NCBI GenBank assembly: GCA_964497425.1
Contig: CAZCCR010000006.1
Span: 13,306-77,305, forward strand
DNA: 64,000 bases
DNA from: an uncultured Gaiellales bacterium
GTDB lineage: Bacteria > Actinomycetota > Thermoleophilia > BMS3ABIN01
Reading direction: 5' to 3'
Shown here: piece by piece, positions 9,285 to 18,220 of the stretch
Layout: each line of letters begins with the position of its first letter
How positions within the stretch are numbered: the stretch's first letter is position 1
Program-made: the position numbers and the translations under genes
Notes under the pieces: generated by a model
What the model was told of the DNA's origin: nothing
The model's database searches: none
Seen by the model: the letters and a program-made list of their open reading frames with translations, nothing else

Positions 9285-9794
9285 TCACCCCACCCACGCC
9301 CGTGCCGCCAGGCTCAGCGCCATCCAGGCGCCCACCAGGGCGAAAGCGCCGACGCTGGGCAACAGTCCACTGACAAAACCGAGCTTGCCTCTGCCGGGGG
9401 TGCCCGCGCCCTCTCTGTCCCCCTGCGCCATGCCGGCGCCGATGGCGGCCCCGGAGGTCATAATGCCGGCGGAGGCGAAGACCTGCGCCGCGTTCCACTC
9501 CAGGGCCAGTTCGGAGAGCAGAGCAAGCAGCGTGAAAGGCACCAGCATCAGGAAGCCGGTGTTCACCGCCCGGTCGATGCCGGCCAGGCCGCGGCCGGAG
9601 CGGGCGGGGCCGTCGAAGGAATATACCAGGCTGTCGATCAGCAACGAGCCGACGATGGAGAGGGCGACTGCCCCCAAGGCCCCCGCGGCGATGACCGCTG
9701 GGCCGTCGGAGACATGGCGGGCTGTCAACGCGCCCAGTACGCCGAAGCAGCAGTACTTGACCATGCCGGTGAAGAGCCAGTAGCCGTCCATCAT
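9285..9794 (-). CDS. Hypothetical 4-TM membrane protein
   Basis: Four hydrophobic segments. ATG at 9794 overlaps the upstream stop as ATGA (translational coupling). Confidence 0.75.
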   Translation of the reverse strand: MMDGYWLFTGMVKYCCFGVLGALTARHVSDGPAVIAAGALGAVALSIVGSLLIDSLVYSFDGPARSGRGLAGIDRAVNTGFLMLVPFTLLALLSELALEWNAAQVFASAGIMTSGAAIGAGMAQGDREGAGTPGRGKLGFVSGLLPSVGAFALVGAWMALSLAARAWVG

Positions 9795-10387
9795 CCACCC
9801 ACCAGTATGCTCAGCAGCCACCAGCCATAGAGCAGCAGGCCGCCGCTGAAGGTGGCAAGGACGATGCTCGTGCCCATCCTCTGTCCGGTCATCTCACGGA
9901 TGGTGGATACCATCGGGCCCAGGGCCCAGAGCATGCCGGTGACGCCGAAGGCGACAGCGGTATTCAGGCCGAAGGCAAGGTTGGCCACGAGCCCGAAGGA
10001 AGCATAGATGAGGGAAGGGCTGTAGCCCAGGGCGAAGGCCTTGATGGACCAGCCCAGGGTTTTCTCACACCCGAACAGCTGCGACTGCAGCCAGGCCAGG
10101 GTGGCGATGAGGCTGACGGCCGCGGTGCCGTAGGTGGCGCCTGCTACCACCAGGATGTAGGCGGTGCTTTGAGGGCTGCCGTTGCGGGACAGGTCCAGGC
10201 CGGTCTGGAGGAAGAAGAGGGTGAAGGCCAGGCCGGAGATGGAGAGGGCCAGCACCGGGGAGACGGCAGCCATCCGGCGCTTCAGTACTGCGGCGGGGTT
10301 TATCATCATGATCATGGCCGCCCGCAGGCCGCCACCGGCTGCCGCCGTTGCCGCCGCCCCTGCCTTTTCCCGTTCAATTGCAGACAT
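9791..10387 (-). CDS. Yip1-domain membrane protein
   Basis: Five TM helices; IKAFALGYSPSL...AFGVTGMLWALG pattern typical of Yip1/DUF1282 proteins. Start probably ATG 10387. Confidence 0.7.
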   Translation of the reverse strand: MSAIEREKAGAAATAAAGGGLRAAMIMMINPAAVLKRRMAAVSPVLALSISGLAFTLFFLQTGLDLSRNGSPQSTAYILVVAGATYGTAAVSLIATLAWLQSQLFGCEKTLGWSIKAFALGYSPSLIYASFGLVANLAFGLNTAVAFGVTGMLWALGPMVSTIREMTGQRMGTSIVLATFSGGLLLYGWWLLSILVGG

Positions 10388-10814
10388 CTTCGGGTAGCTC
10401 ACCTGCCGCCGGGGGAGAACGCTTTCCAACTGCCTCACAAGCCGCGGGGCTGTCATCGATAACGGCATCGGGGACCGGCCCTCGCCGGGTAACCTGGTTG
10501 CGGTCCCCAGGCAGACATCGGTCTCCGGTCCCCGGGGGTTCGCATGAGCAATGGCGGTTCGCGGCCTTTGCCGCGCCCAGGCCTTTTCCGTGGCTCTGAT
10601 ATTAAACTACCACACGAAAAGCCGGCTGTATATGCCGGCCCTTATCGCATCCCGCCGCGCCCGTCACAGTCACTCCGCCCGGCGCGCTCCCGTGCCCGGA
10701 ACTATCCTGCACGTGCCCGGGCATGATATGAGAACGCAGGTGCGGGTATATACAGAGACATGAAAAGGGTGTCAGGCAAGGGGAATGTCCACCCGGGGAA
10801 GGAGTTGCAACGAT

Positions 10815-11015
10815 ATGGCAGAAAAGAAGATAAGCGGTGAGATGGTGATAAACGAGGCCATCAGGCTCTATCCCTGGACGCTGCCCGTCTTCCACCGCTA
10901 CGAAGTGGATTCCTGCTGCGGCGGGGCCAATACCATCGCCGCCGCCGCGCGTATGCAGGGGCTGGACCTGGACACCCTGCTGGCGGAGCTGGAAGAGGCC
11001 GCCGCCGGTGGATGA
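10815..11015 (+). CDS. Stand-alone DUF542/ScdA-N domain protein
   Basis: YPWTLPVFHRYEVDSCCGGANTIAAAARMQGLDLDTLLAEL, with the DxCCGG signature. AGGAG RBS precedes ATG 10815. Confidence 0.85.
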   Translation: MAEKKISGEMVINEAIRLYPWTLPVFHRYEVDSCCGGANTIAAAARMQGLDLDTLLAELEEAAAGG

Positions 11016-11246
11016 TGTTCCGGCAAGAGGCGCCGGCAGCTCGAACGATAATTGATCACGGTCATGCGAATCGCTCAGGTGCTTCATGAAGTCGTCATTC
11101 CGATCAAAGCGAAGAACCTGCTTTTTTTACGTAAAAGCAGAGCTATTGTCGCGCTTCCCGGGATGTCGGGTGCATGGGCCGGTTGAATGATCGTTCAATA
11201 GATCAAACATGCCGCCCGACCGGGCGGCGACATGGAAAGGAGTGAG

Positions 11247-11801
11247 ATGGTAGCCTGGATCATCGTGATAGCCGTGGTGGCGGTGCTGGCCATCGCCCTC
11301 ATCGGCATCTACAACAGCCTTGTGAGGGCACGCAACAAGGTGGACAACGCATGGAAGCAGATCGACGTGCAGCTGAAACGGCGCTACGACCTCATCCCCA
11401 ACCTGGTGGAGATGGTCAAGGACTACATGTCCTACGAACAGGAGGTGCTGGAGAACGTCACCAAGGCCCGCGCAGCAGCCATGAGCGCCCAGGGCCCGAA
11501 AGAGCAGGGGCAGGCGGAGAACTTCCTCAGCGAGACCCTCAAGTCGCTCTTCGCCGTATCAGAGAACTACCCGGAGCTCAAGGCCAACCAGAACGTGATG
11601 AGCCTGCAGGAGGAGCTGACCTCCACGGAGAACAAGATATCCTTCGCGCGGCAGCTATACAACGATGTGGTCATGGCCTACAACAACGCCATCCAGACGG
11701 TGCCCCGCAACGTCATCGCCGGCGCCTTCGGTTTCAGGGAGCGGGAATACTTCGAGATCCCTGAAGGCGAGACCGAGCCGGTGGCGGTGGACCTGCGCTA
11801 G
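11247..11801 (+). CDS. lemA: LemA family protein
   Basis: N-terminal TM; [20 protein letters not shown]; ENYPELKAN; AAAGGAG RBS before ATG 11247. Confidence 0.95.
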   Translation: MVAWIIVIAVVAVLAIALIGIYNSLVRARNKVDNAWKQIDVQLKRRYDLIPNLVEMVKDYMSYEQEVLENVTKARAAAMSAQGPKEQGQAENFLSETLKSLFAVSENYPELKANQNVMSLQEELTSTENKISFARQLYNDVVMAYNNAIQTVPRNVIAGAFGFREREYFEIPEGETEPVAVDLR

Positions 11802-11829
11802 CAGCGCGGTTGTGAAGGCTCCCGGATAG

Positions 11830-12750
11830 ATGTACGAACAGATATCAAGGAACAAGCGGCTGTCGTACCTTCTGATCGTGGTCGTGGCAGCCCTGCTGCT
11901 GATACTGGGCTTTGCCATCGGCTATGCCACCGGCTTCGGCTATTTCGGGGTCATTTTCGCCGCCGCCGTGGCGGTGGTCATGGGCCTCACCAGCTACTAC
12001 AAGGGCGATCGCATGGTCCTTGCCGCCAGCCACGCCCGGCGCGTCACCCATGACGATGAGCCTCAGCTGTTCAACGTGGTGGAGGAGATGGCTATCGCCT
12101 CGGGCAACCCCATGCCCGTGGTCTATGTCATCCCCGATTCCGCCCCCAACGCCTTCGCCACCGGCAGGGACCCGGAGCATGCCTCCATCGCCGTGACCCA
12201 GGGCCTGATGGACAAGCTCAACCGCGAGGAGCTCCAGGGGGTGATCGGCCACGAGATGTCCCACGTGCGCAACTACGACATCCTCTACGCGACGCTGGTG
12301 GGGATACTGGTGGGGGCCATCGTGCTCATGGCCGACTTCTTCCTGCGCTGGGGGTTCTGGACCGGGGGCGGGCGGCGGGGCCGTAGCAGCAGCAGCGGCG
12401 GCGGGTATTTCCAGATCATCATGCTGGTGGTGGCCATCGTGGCGGCCATCCTGGCGCCGCTGGCGGCGCGGGCGGTGCAGATGGCCATCTCGCGCCGGCG
12501 CGAGTACCTGGCGGACGCCTCCTCCGTTGAACTCACCCGCAACCCGCTGGGGCTGGCCAGCGCCCTGGAGAAGATCGACCGGGACCAGGAGGTGCTGGAG
12601 GTGGCCAACCGCGCCACCGCCCACCTCTACATCGCCAACCCGGTGAAGAAGTTCGAGAAGAGGGCGAAGAGCGTCTTCAGCAGCCACCCGCCCATCCAAA
12701 TGCGCATCCAGGCGCTGAGGTCCATGGCCTCCATGCCCGCCCGGGGCTGA
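11830..12750 (+). CDS. htpX: M48 zinc metalloprotease HtpX
   Basis: PNAFATGR, GHEMSH (HExxH), SRRREYLAD, FSSHPP; canonical lemA-htpX pair. Confidence 0.93.
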   Translation: MYEQISRNKRLSYLLIVVVAALLLILGFAIGYATGFGYFGVIFAAAVAVVMGLTSYYKGDRMVLAASHARRVTHDDEPQLFNVVEEMAIASGNPMPVVYVIPDSAPNAFATGRDPEHASIAVTQGLMDKLNREELQGVIGHEMSHVRNYDILYATLVGILVGAIVLMADFFLRWGFWTGGGRRGRSSSSGGGYFQIIMLVVAIVAAILAPLAARAVQMAISRRREYLADASSVELTRNPLGLASALEKIDRDQEVLEVANRATAHLYIANPVKKFEKRAKSVFSSHPPIQMRIQALRSMASMPARG

Positions 12751-13021
12751 GGAGCGGGGGCAGGAAGTTGCTTCGCGTACCGCCCGGTGCGCGATGAGGG
12801 TCATCGTAAAACAACTGTTCCCGCTGGCCTGGTGGAAGCAGCCGTCTCGGGCCCGGAGGTCTGATTGCCTCACCTACGAATGTTCTCGAAAGAGCCTGTC
12901 GTTGCCTCACGAAAAATGTTGCTGAAACGTGGTTTGCCATATCGCCGCGGGACGTATATCATGAACGCCCACTCCCTCAACGCTCACTCCCTGCTGCTCC
13001 TGCCCTTCATTCTGGAACTGT

Positions 13022-13687
13022 TTGAGCAATCACCGGGGATATATCGAAGAAGAGGGGGCGGCGCCGGATACGACAGGCGCAGTGGCGTCCATGCCGGACC
13101 ACGAGCTGGTGGGTATGGTGCTGGACAGCGCCGATGGATCCCTTGCCGTCGAGAGCATCTCCCGCAGTATCTTCTCCCGTTTCTCCGGCCGTTCACTCTC
13201 GCCCGTATCCCCCGACGAACTCTGCTCCGCCTGCGGCCTTTCCCTCGCAATGGCCGCCCGGCTTTCGGCGGCGATAGAGCTGGCCAGACGCCTGCTGCTG
13301 CCCGATGAGGGCAGGGGCCCTGTCCGTTCCCCCCGCGACGCCTGCCGGTTCGTCTCACGCATCCGCGGGGAGCAGAAGGAGCATTTCATCGCCCTCTGTC
13401 TCAACGCGCGCAACATGGTCATCCACGAAGAGACCGTATCCATCGGCAGCCTCAACGCCAACATCGTGCATCCCCGCGAGGTCTTCCGGCCGGCCATAGC
13501 CCATTCGGCGGCGGCGGTGGTGCTGGCCCATAACCATCCCTCCGGCGATGTCTCTCCCAGCCAGGAAGACCTGCGCCTTACCAGCAGGATGGTGGAGGCG
13601 GGCAGGGTCATCGGCATCGAGGTCCTGGACCACATCATCGTCTCCAGGAGCTCATATCTCAGCTTCAGGAGCGAATCCTACCTGTAA
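13022..13687 (+). CDS. radC: RadC/JAB-domain protein
   Basis: KEHFIALCLN, GSLNANIVHPREVF, AHNHPSGD, IEVLDHIIV. N-terminus divergent and start uncertain. Confidence 0.9.
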   Translation: MSNHRGYIEEEGAAPDTTGAVASMPDHELVGMVLDSADGSLAVESISRSIFSRFSGRSLSPVSPDELCSACGLSLAMAARLSAAIELARRLLLPDEGRGPVRSPRDACRFVSRIRGEQKEHFIALCLNARNMVIHEETVSIGSLNANIVHPREVFRPAIAHSAAAVVLAHNHPSGDVSPSQEDLRLTSRMVEAGRVIGIEVLDHIIVSRSSYLSFRSESYL

Positions 13688-13726
13688 ACAGGGCGGTCGC
13701 GCCAAAGATGATTCCCCGCTCATGTT

Positions 13727-13962
13727 TGTGGAAAACCTTTTTTCTGTCTCAAGCTGGGCCGAATGCCACGGGTCTGTAACCGGGACTCAACAGGAAATCA
13801 CCCATACCAGGCTGATACTGGTTGAAAATACCTGTTTTTGCAGGCACATCATCCATAGATAGTCTTCCCGACTTTCTTTGTAGGATTTGGATGGGCCCAT
13901 CCCGCCCCGGGGCGCTCCCTCGCCCATCCCCCCCGGAATCGCGGTTTTCCACATTATCCACA
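13727..13962. promoter_or_regulatory. DnaA boxes upstream of rpmH
   Basis: TGTGGAAAA at 13727-13735 (1 mismatch, reverse); tandem TTTTCCACA at 13945-13953 and perfect TTATCCACA at 13954-13962; weaker TCATCCATA at 13849-13857. Confidence 0.7.
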
Positions 13963-14031
13963 ATCGTTTGCCGGCCCAAAAGCGACTCCGGAGCGGCGGA
14001 AACGGCATGGGAAACCACGGAAAGGCGCAAT

Positions 14032-14061
14032 TTGACTTGATTTGACGGCTGTATGTATAAT
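14032..14061 (+). promoter_or_regulatory. Sigma70-type promoter of the rpmH operon
   Basis: TTGACT-N18-TATAAT, 31 bp upstream of the rpmH start. Confidence 0.75.
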
Positions 14062-14092
14062 TTCAGGTCGGTTTACCGAAAAGGGAGAGACC

Positions 14093-14227
14093 TTGAAGCG
14101 GACCTATCAGCCGAACAAAAGGAAGAGGAAGAAGGCTCACGGCTTTCGCAAGCGCGCCAGCACCAGGGCGGGGCGCCGGGTATTGAAGAGGCGGCGGGCA
14201 AAGGGGAGAAAGACCCTGTCCGCATAG
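14093..14227 (+). CDS. rpmH: 50S ribosomal protein L34
   Basis: TTG start; (M)[43 protein letters not shown], 44 aa. Confidence 0.97.
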   Translation: MKRTYQPNKRKRKKAHGFRKRASTRAGRRVLKRRRAKGRKTLSA

Positions 14228-14242
14228 GAATCACCGGTTCCT

Positions 14243-14611
14243 GTGAATAAAAAACACCGACTCAGCCGGTCTGCCGATTTCGAACGGGTCTACCGTCACG
14301 GCAAGTCTGTTGCGGGTCGTTACGCGGTACTGTATTATTTCGACCGGCCGGGGAACGAGTCCCGGGGCGAACCACGCCTGGGGGTCTCGGTGTCGAAGAA
14401 AGTAGGGGGAGCCGTCGTCAGGAACCGGGTGAAGCGGACCGTTAAAGAGGTGTTCCGCCGGCACCAGGACGCGATGGCTCCCGGTTACGATTATGTGATC
14501 ATCGCCCGCACGGGGCTTGCTGAATACATAGAGAAGAGCAGGTTCGAGGAGGTGTCCGGAATGATCGAAGGGCTCTTCCGGCGGGCTGACCTAATCCAGG
14601 AAGCAGACTGA
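14243..14611 (+). CDS. rnpA: Ribonuclease P protein component
   Basis: RLSRSADFERVYRHG; RLGVSVSKKVGGAVVRNRVKR (RNR motif). Confidence 0.95.
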   Translation: MNKKHRLSRSADFERVYRHGKSVAGRYAVLYYFDRPGNESRGEPRLGVSVSKKVGGAVVRNRVKRTVKEVFRRHQDAMAPGYDYVIIARTGLAEYIEKSRFEEVSGMIEGLFRRADLIQEAD

Positions 14612-14612
14612 A

Positions 14613-14831
14613 TTGAGACGGATACCCATCTTTTTCATCGGCCTCTACCAGAGGCTGGTATCGCCGCTGTTCCCGAGACGCTGCAAGTATTACCCCAGCT
14701 GTTCCAGCTACGCCGTGGAGGCCATCCGAGAGTGGGGGCTGCTCCGTGGCGGCGCCATGTCCCTGTGGCGGCTGCTGAGATGCAACCCGTTCTCCCACGG
14801 CGGCTTTGACCCGGTCAGGAAACGCTCCTGA
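14613..14831 (+). CDS. yidD: Membrane protein insertion efficiency factor
   Basis: YQRLVSP...CKYYPSCSSYAVEAI...LLRCNPFSHGGFDPV. Confidence 0.95.
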   Translation: MRRIPIFFIGLYQRLVSPLFPRRCKYYPSCSSYAVEAIREWGLLRGGAMSLWRLLRCNPFSHGGFDPVRKRS

Positions 14832-15745
14832 TGACCAACGCGCTCTCATTCCTCATCGATCCCCTGCGGGCGATCCTCGAGTGGATCCACGCGACCATGG
14901 GCATCTCCTGGGGATGGTCCATAGTCGTCCTCACCATCATGGTCCGCGTCGTACTCATCCCCCTGGGGGTGAAGCAGTATACATCCATGCGGGCGATGCA
15001 GAAGCTGCAGCCCAGGATCAAGGAGCTGCAGAAGAAATACAAGGGCGACAAGCAGAAGCTCAACGAAGAGACCATGAAGTTCTACCGGGAGAACAAGGTC
15101 AACCCCTTCGGCTCCTGCCTGCCGCTGCTGTTGCAGATGCCGCTGTTCATCGCCCTGTATTACATGCTGAGGAACCATCCCTTCGAGTCGGATTATTCCT
15201 GGCTCTGGATATCCAACATCAACGACCCGGACAAGATCATCGTCTTCCTCTACATCGGTTCCCAGTTCCTGTCCAGCAGACTTCTCAGCACTGCCACGGA
15301 CAAGACACAGCAGATGATGATGACTGTGATGCCGCTGATGTTCGGCGTCATCTTTCTCATCTATCCCTTCCCCGCCGGTGTACTCATCTACTGGGTGACC
15401 ACCAACGTATGGACAGTCGGCCAGCAGCTGGTGACCCGCCGCATCGTCGAATCCCGGGAGGTCGCTGGCGGCGTGGTGGAGCCGGCCGAGGACCCACAGG
15501 CCGGTGAGGGGAAAAGAAAGAAGGCGTCAGCCGGCAAAGGCAAGTCATCCAAACAGGCGGAGCAGGGCAGGAAGCCAAAAGGCAGGAAACCACAGGGCAG
15601 GAAGCCGGCGGGAAAGAAGGCGCGGGCGGCGAAACCCCGGGAAAACAGGCCTCAGGGAAAGAGATCGGGTAAGAAGAGGACCGGAGGCCCGAAGAGCGGA
15701 GGCAAAGGTGGAGGAAAATCAGGTTCAAAGAAACAGCGCCGGTGA
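14831..15745 (+). CDS. yidC: YidC/Oxa1 membrane insertase with a long basic C-terminal tail
   Basis: WGWSIVVLTIMVR, KLQPRIKELQKKYK, NPFGSCLPLLLQMP, PAGVLIYWVTTN; operon position. Confidence 0.95.
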   Translation: MTNALSFLIDPLRAILEWIHATMGISWGWSIVVLTIMVRVVLIPLGVKQYTSMRAMQKLQPRIKELQKKYKGDKQKLNEETMKFYRENKVNPFGSCLPLLLQMPLFIALYYMLRNHPFESDYSWLWISNINDPDKIIVFLYIGSQFLSSRLLSTATDKTQQMMMTVMPLMFGVIFLIYPFPAGVLIYWVTTNVWTVGQQLVTRRIVESREVAGGVVEPAEDPQAGEGKRKKASAGKGKSSKQAEQGRKPKGRKPQGRKPAGKKARAAKPRENRPQGKRSGKKRTGGPKSGGKGGGKSGSKKQRR

Positions 15746-16541
15746 CCTGAGCGCGGAAGGCAGCGGCAAGACCGTTGCCGACGCCGAGGCGGACGCCATA
15801 GTCAAACTGGAGGAGATCACCGGCCCGCTGGAGCCAGACCGGGTGGAAGTAGAGGTTCTGGAGGAGGGCTCCAAGGGTTTTCTGGGCATGGGCTCGAACC
15901 TTGCCCGCGTCAGGGTGCGCCTGCCGGCTGCGGAGGTGCCGGGAGCGGCAGATGAAGGCGAAGGGCCGGAACCTGGAACGCCTGACATGGTCGAGGAGGC
16001 GGAAGGCGTGGAGAGCGGCGGGAACGGGGCAGAGGGCGACGCGGAGGCCGGGGAGGCCGGGGAAACCGTCCCGGCGCCGGGCTCCAGCGAAACGGCGCGG
16101 GAGAGGCTGGCGGATTATATGGATAAGGTGATGGACGCCATCGGGCTCGACGGCACGGTGGACTTCACCGAGGATGAAGAGTCAATCACCTGTAATGTCA
16201 GCGGCTCCGATCTGGGCATCTTCATCGGCAGGCACGGCCAGACCATCGATGCCGTCCAGTACCTTGCCAACATAATATCCTTCAGGGGCCTGGAAGGCAG
16301 GAAGCGCGTCATCGTCGATGCCGAAGACTATCGCCAGAGACGCACCGAGTCACTGAAGACCATGGCGGAACGGGCGGTGAGCGAGCTGGAGAAGGGCCTG
16401 GCCGAATACGAACTGAACCCCATGAGCGCCGCCGAGCGGCGCATCATCCATATCTACCTGCAGGACCGCGAAGGGGTGGAAACAGCGAGTGAGGGCAGGG
16501 ACCCCTTCCGACGCGTGGTGATCACCCGCGTGGAAGACTGA
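15708..16541 (+). CDS. jag: Jag/KhpB RNA-binding protein (Jag_N, KH, R3H)
   Basis: GKTV...EVLEEGSKGFLG; IGRHGQTIDAVQYL; PMSAAERRIIH. Start taken as GTG 15708 after GGAGG, not the track's 15504. Confidence 0.92.
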   Translation: MEENQVQRNSAGDLSAEGSGKTVADAEADAIVKLEEITGPLEPDRVEVEVLEEGSKGFLGMGSNLARVRVRLPAAEVPGAADEGEGPEPGTPDMVEEAEGVESGGNGAEGDAEAGEAGETVPAPGSSETARERLADYMDKVMDAIGLDGTVDFTEDEESITCNVSGSDLGIFIGRHGQTIDAVQYLANIISFRGLEGRKRVIVDAEDYRQRRTESLKTMAERAVSELEKGLAEYELNPMSAAERRIIHIYLQDREGVETASEGRDPFRRVVITRVED

Positions 16542-16599
16542 AAACCGCCGCTGCCCTTCCCGGCCCAACCGGCTGACATGCGAGCCGCCGGACAAGCGG

Positions 16600-16806
16600 T
16601 TATTCGACGGGATAGCCCGCCTGTTCTATCGCCTGCCTGATATCCTCCAGGGATACCTGACCCTCATCATAGCTGATCTCTATCTTCTTGGATTCCGGGT
16701 CCGCGTTCACCGAATCCACACCCGCCAGCGCGCCCGCGGCGTTCTCGACGGTCATCTTGCAATGCCCGCATGACATCTTGGGCGCGGTCAATGTTACCTG
16801 GGGCAT
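16600..16806 (-). CDS. copZ: Copper chaperone (HMA domain)
   Basis: MPQVTLTAPKMSCGHCKMTVE...IEQAGY; AAAGGAGG RBS before ATG 16806. Confidence 0.92.
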   Translation of the reverse strand: MPQVTLTAPKMSCGHCKMTVENAAGALAGVDSVNADPESKKIEISYDEGQVSLEDIRQAIEQAGYPVE

Positions 16807-16930
16807 GGTCCTCCTTTCACTTTCAGTGGGTATCACTATTTTATTCCCGTAAAAAGGATATCAGAAGCAGGCATAGAAGATTAGGGGGCACGAAAGGGGA
16901 GCATCAGGAAAACACAAGGAAAGGCAGGCC

Positions 16931-17140
16931 ATGACTGCGGAAAAGACGCCCGGATGGTCGGGGTCGCGAAAGCTCGGGGCCGCTGACCGTAAATGTCACT
17001 GGTGTGATTCTGTCGTGCCGATCCCGGAAGGAGATCTCTGCGCGGTCTGTATCGATTGCGGTATGGTGATCTTCAGGGAGCGGACTGGTGTGAGGGAAAG
17101 CGGAGCTGCTCCACCTGCACTCGCGTCTGCCCTTCCCTGA
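16931..17140 (+). CDS. Small putative zinc-ribbon protein
   Basis: CHWC-x14-CIDC; purine-rich RBS-like sequence upstream; fills an otherwise empty gap. Confidence 0.5.
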   Translation: MTAEKTPGWSGSRKLGAADRKCHWCDSVVPIPEGDLCAVCIDCGMVIFRERTGVRESGAAPPALASALP

Positions 17141-17251
17141 CCCTCCGCAGGTTGTGATAACACCGGAGGGATGGAGCGCCGCTGTCTCCGACTCCGGACC
17201 GGGCCTGGCGGTCGATGGTTTACATGAGCGCCGGGGCCGTTGGGCCTGGAC

Positions 17252-18112
17252 CTAACCCTCGTCGTCCAGCATGCTGTCGATGCGCTCCTCGATCTCGCTG
17301 TCGATGCCGGGCCGCTGCGTGCTTTCGTCGGGGCCCTTCATCTTCTCCCCCTTGCCGATCATGGTCTCACCTTCCACCATGCTGTCGAAGGCCTTGGCCT
17401 TGAGCCTGGCCCTGGTCTCCTCGATGCGCCGGCGCATCTCGTCAGGGTCGATGAAGGAAGGTTCGGGGCCGGGCGTGGTTTCCCCGGGCGGGCCGGCGGC
17501 GGCCGTCTCTTCCGGTGTGGGTTCACCCGCCACCGGAGCCTTCAACGCTGCGAACTCATCTTCATCCTCCGGCCCGGGGGCCTCTTCCTCCGCCGGGGGC
17601 TTTTCCTCTTCCTCTACTACCGGCTCCTCTTCCGCCACCGGGAGTGCTTCCTCTCCCTCTTCTCCAGGCGCCTCCTCAGCGGTCTCGCCGGTGGTTACCT
17701 CTTCCATCAGAATCTCCTCGTCCGGCGGCGCCTCTTCCGCTTCCGGGGGCCCGGGCGCCTCTTCATCCGCCGAGGGCGCTTCCTCTACCTCTGCTACGGG
17801 TTCCTCTTCCTCTGCTACCGGCTCCTCTTCCGCCACCGGCGGCTCCTCAACGGTTACCGGCGCCACCGGCGCCGGAGCAACCTTCTCCAGTTCCGCCTCG
17901 ACCTGCTCCCTTGTCTTCTCCATGCGAGCCTCCAGGTCTACAGGCGGCGGTGGCGTCTCCGCAGGCGGCGTGTATCTGGAGGCAGGGGGCAGGGCCCGCC
18001 GGTAGCCTCCCATCAGCATCTGCCTGAGTTCCTTGCCGGCCTTGGGAGCGAAGAGCAGCCCCAAAGCGGCTCCGAAGATGCCGCCCAACATGAACCTGGT
18101 GATCCTTGCCAT
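17252..18112 (-). CDS. YtxH-domain protein with long Glu/Pro-rich disordered region
   Basis: GGIFGAALGLLFAPKAGKELRQML; central EEEPVA repeats; C-terminal RRIEETRARLKAK. Confidence 0.8.
   Translation of the reverse strand: MARITRFMLGGIFGAALGLLFAPKAGKELRQMLMGGYRRALPPASRYTPPAETPPPPVDLEARMEKTREQVEAELEKVAPAPVAPVTVEEPPVAEEEPVAEEEEPVAEVEEAPSADEEAPGPPEAEEAPPDEEILMEEVTTGETAEEAPGEEGEEALPVAEEEPVVEEEEKPPAEEEAPGPEDEDEFAALKAPVAGEPTPEETAAAGPPGETTPGPEPSFIDPDEMRRRIEETRARLKAKAFDSMVEGETMIGKGEKMKGPDESTQRPGIDSEIEERIDSMLDDEG
17575..17860 (-). repeat. Imperfect 18-21 bp coding repeats (EEEPVA/EEAP units)
   Basis: Forward-strand units such as CTACCGGCTCCTCTTCCGCCACCG recur. Confidence 0.65.
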
Positions 18113-18220
18113 CAGTACTTCCTTCCACTCAGTACATAAGGGACATCATCTTATTATCTGTTTCGGCAAAAAGGAAGGCCGGTAAAAAAAGGGCGTTACC
18201 TGGCGCTCCCATACCGCTCT

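Noticed and set aside
10602-11087. 161-aa minus-strand ORF
   Set aside because: It is antisense to the DUF542 gene and has no motifs.
13022-13687. radC as a marker of an integrative element or anti-restriction module
   Set aside because: It is a full-length chromosomal-type gene among housekeeping genes, with no mobility genes nearby.
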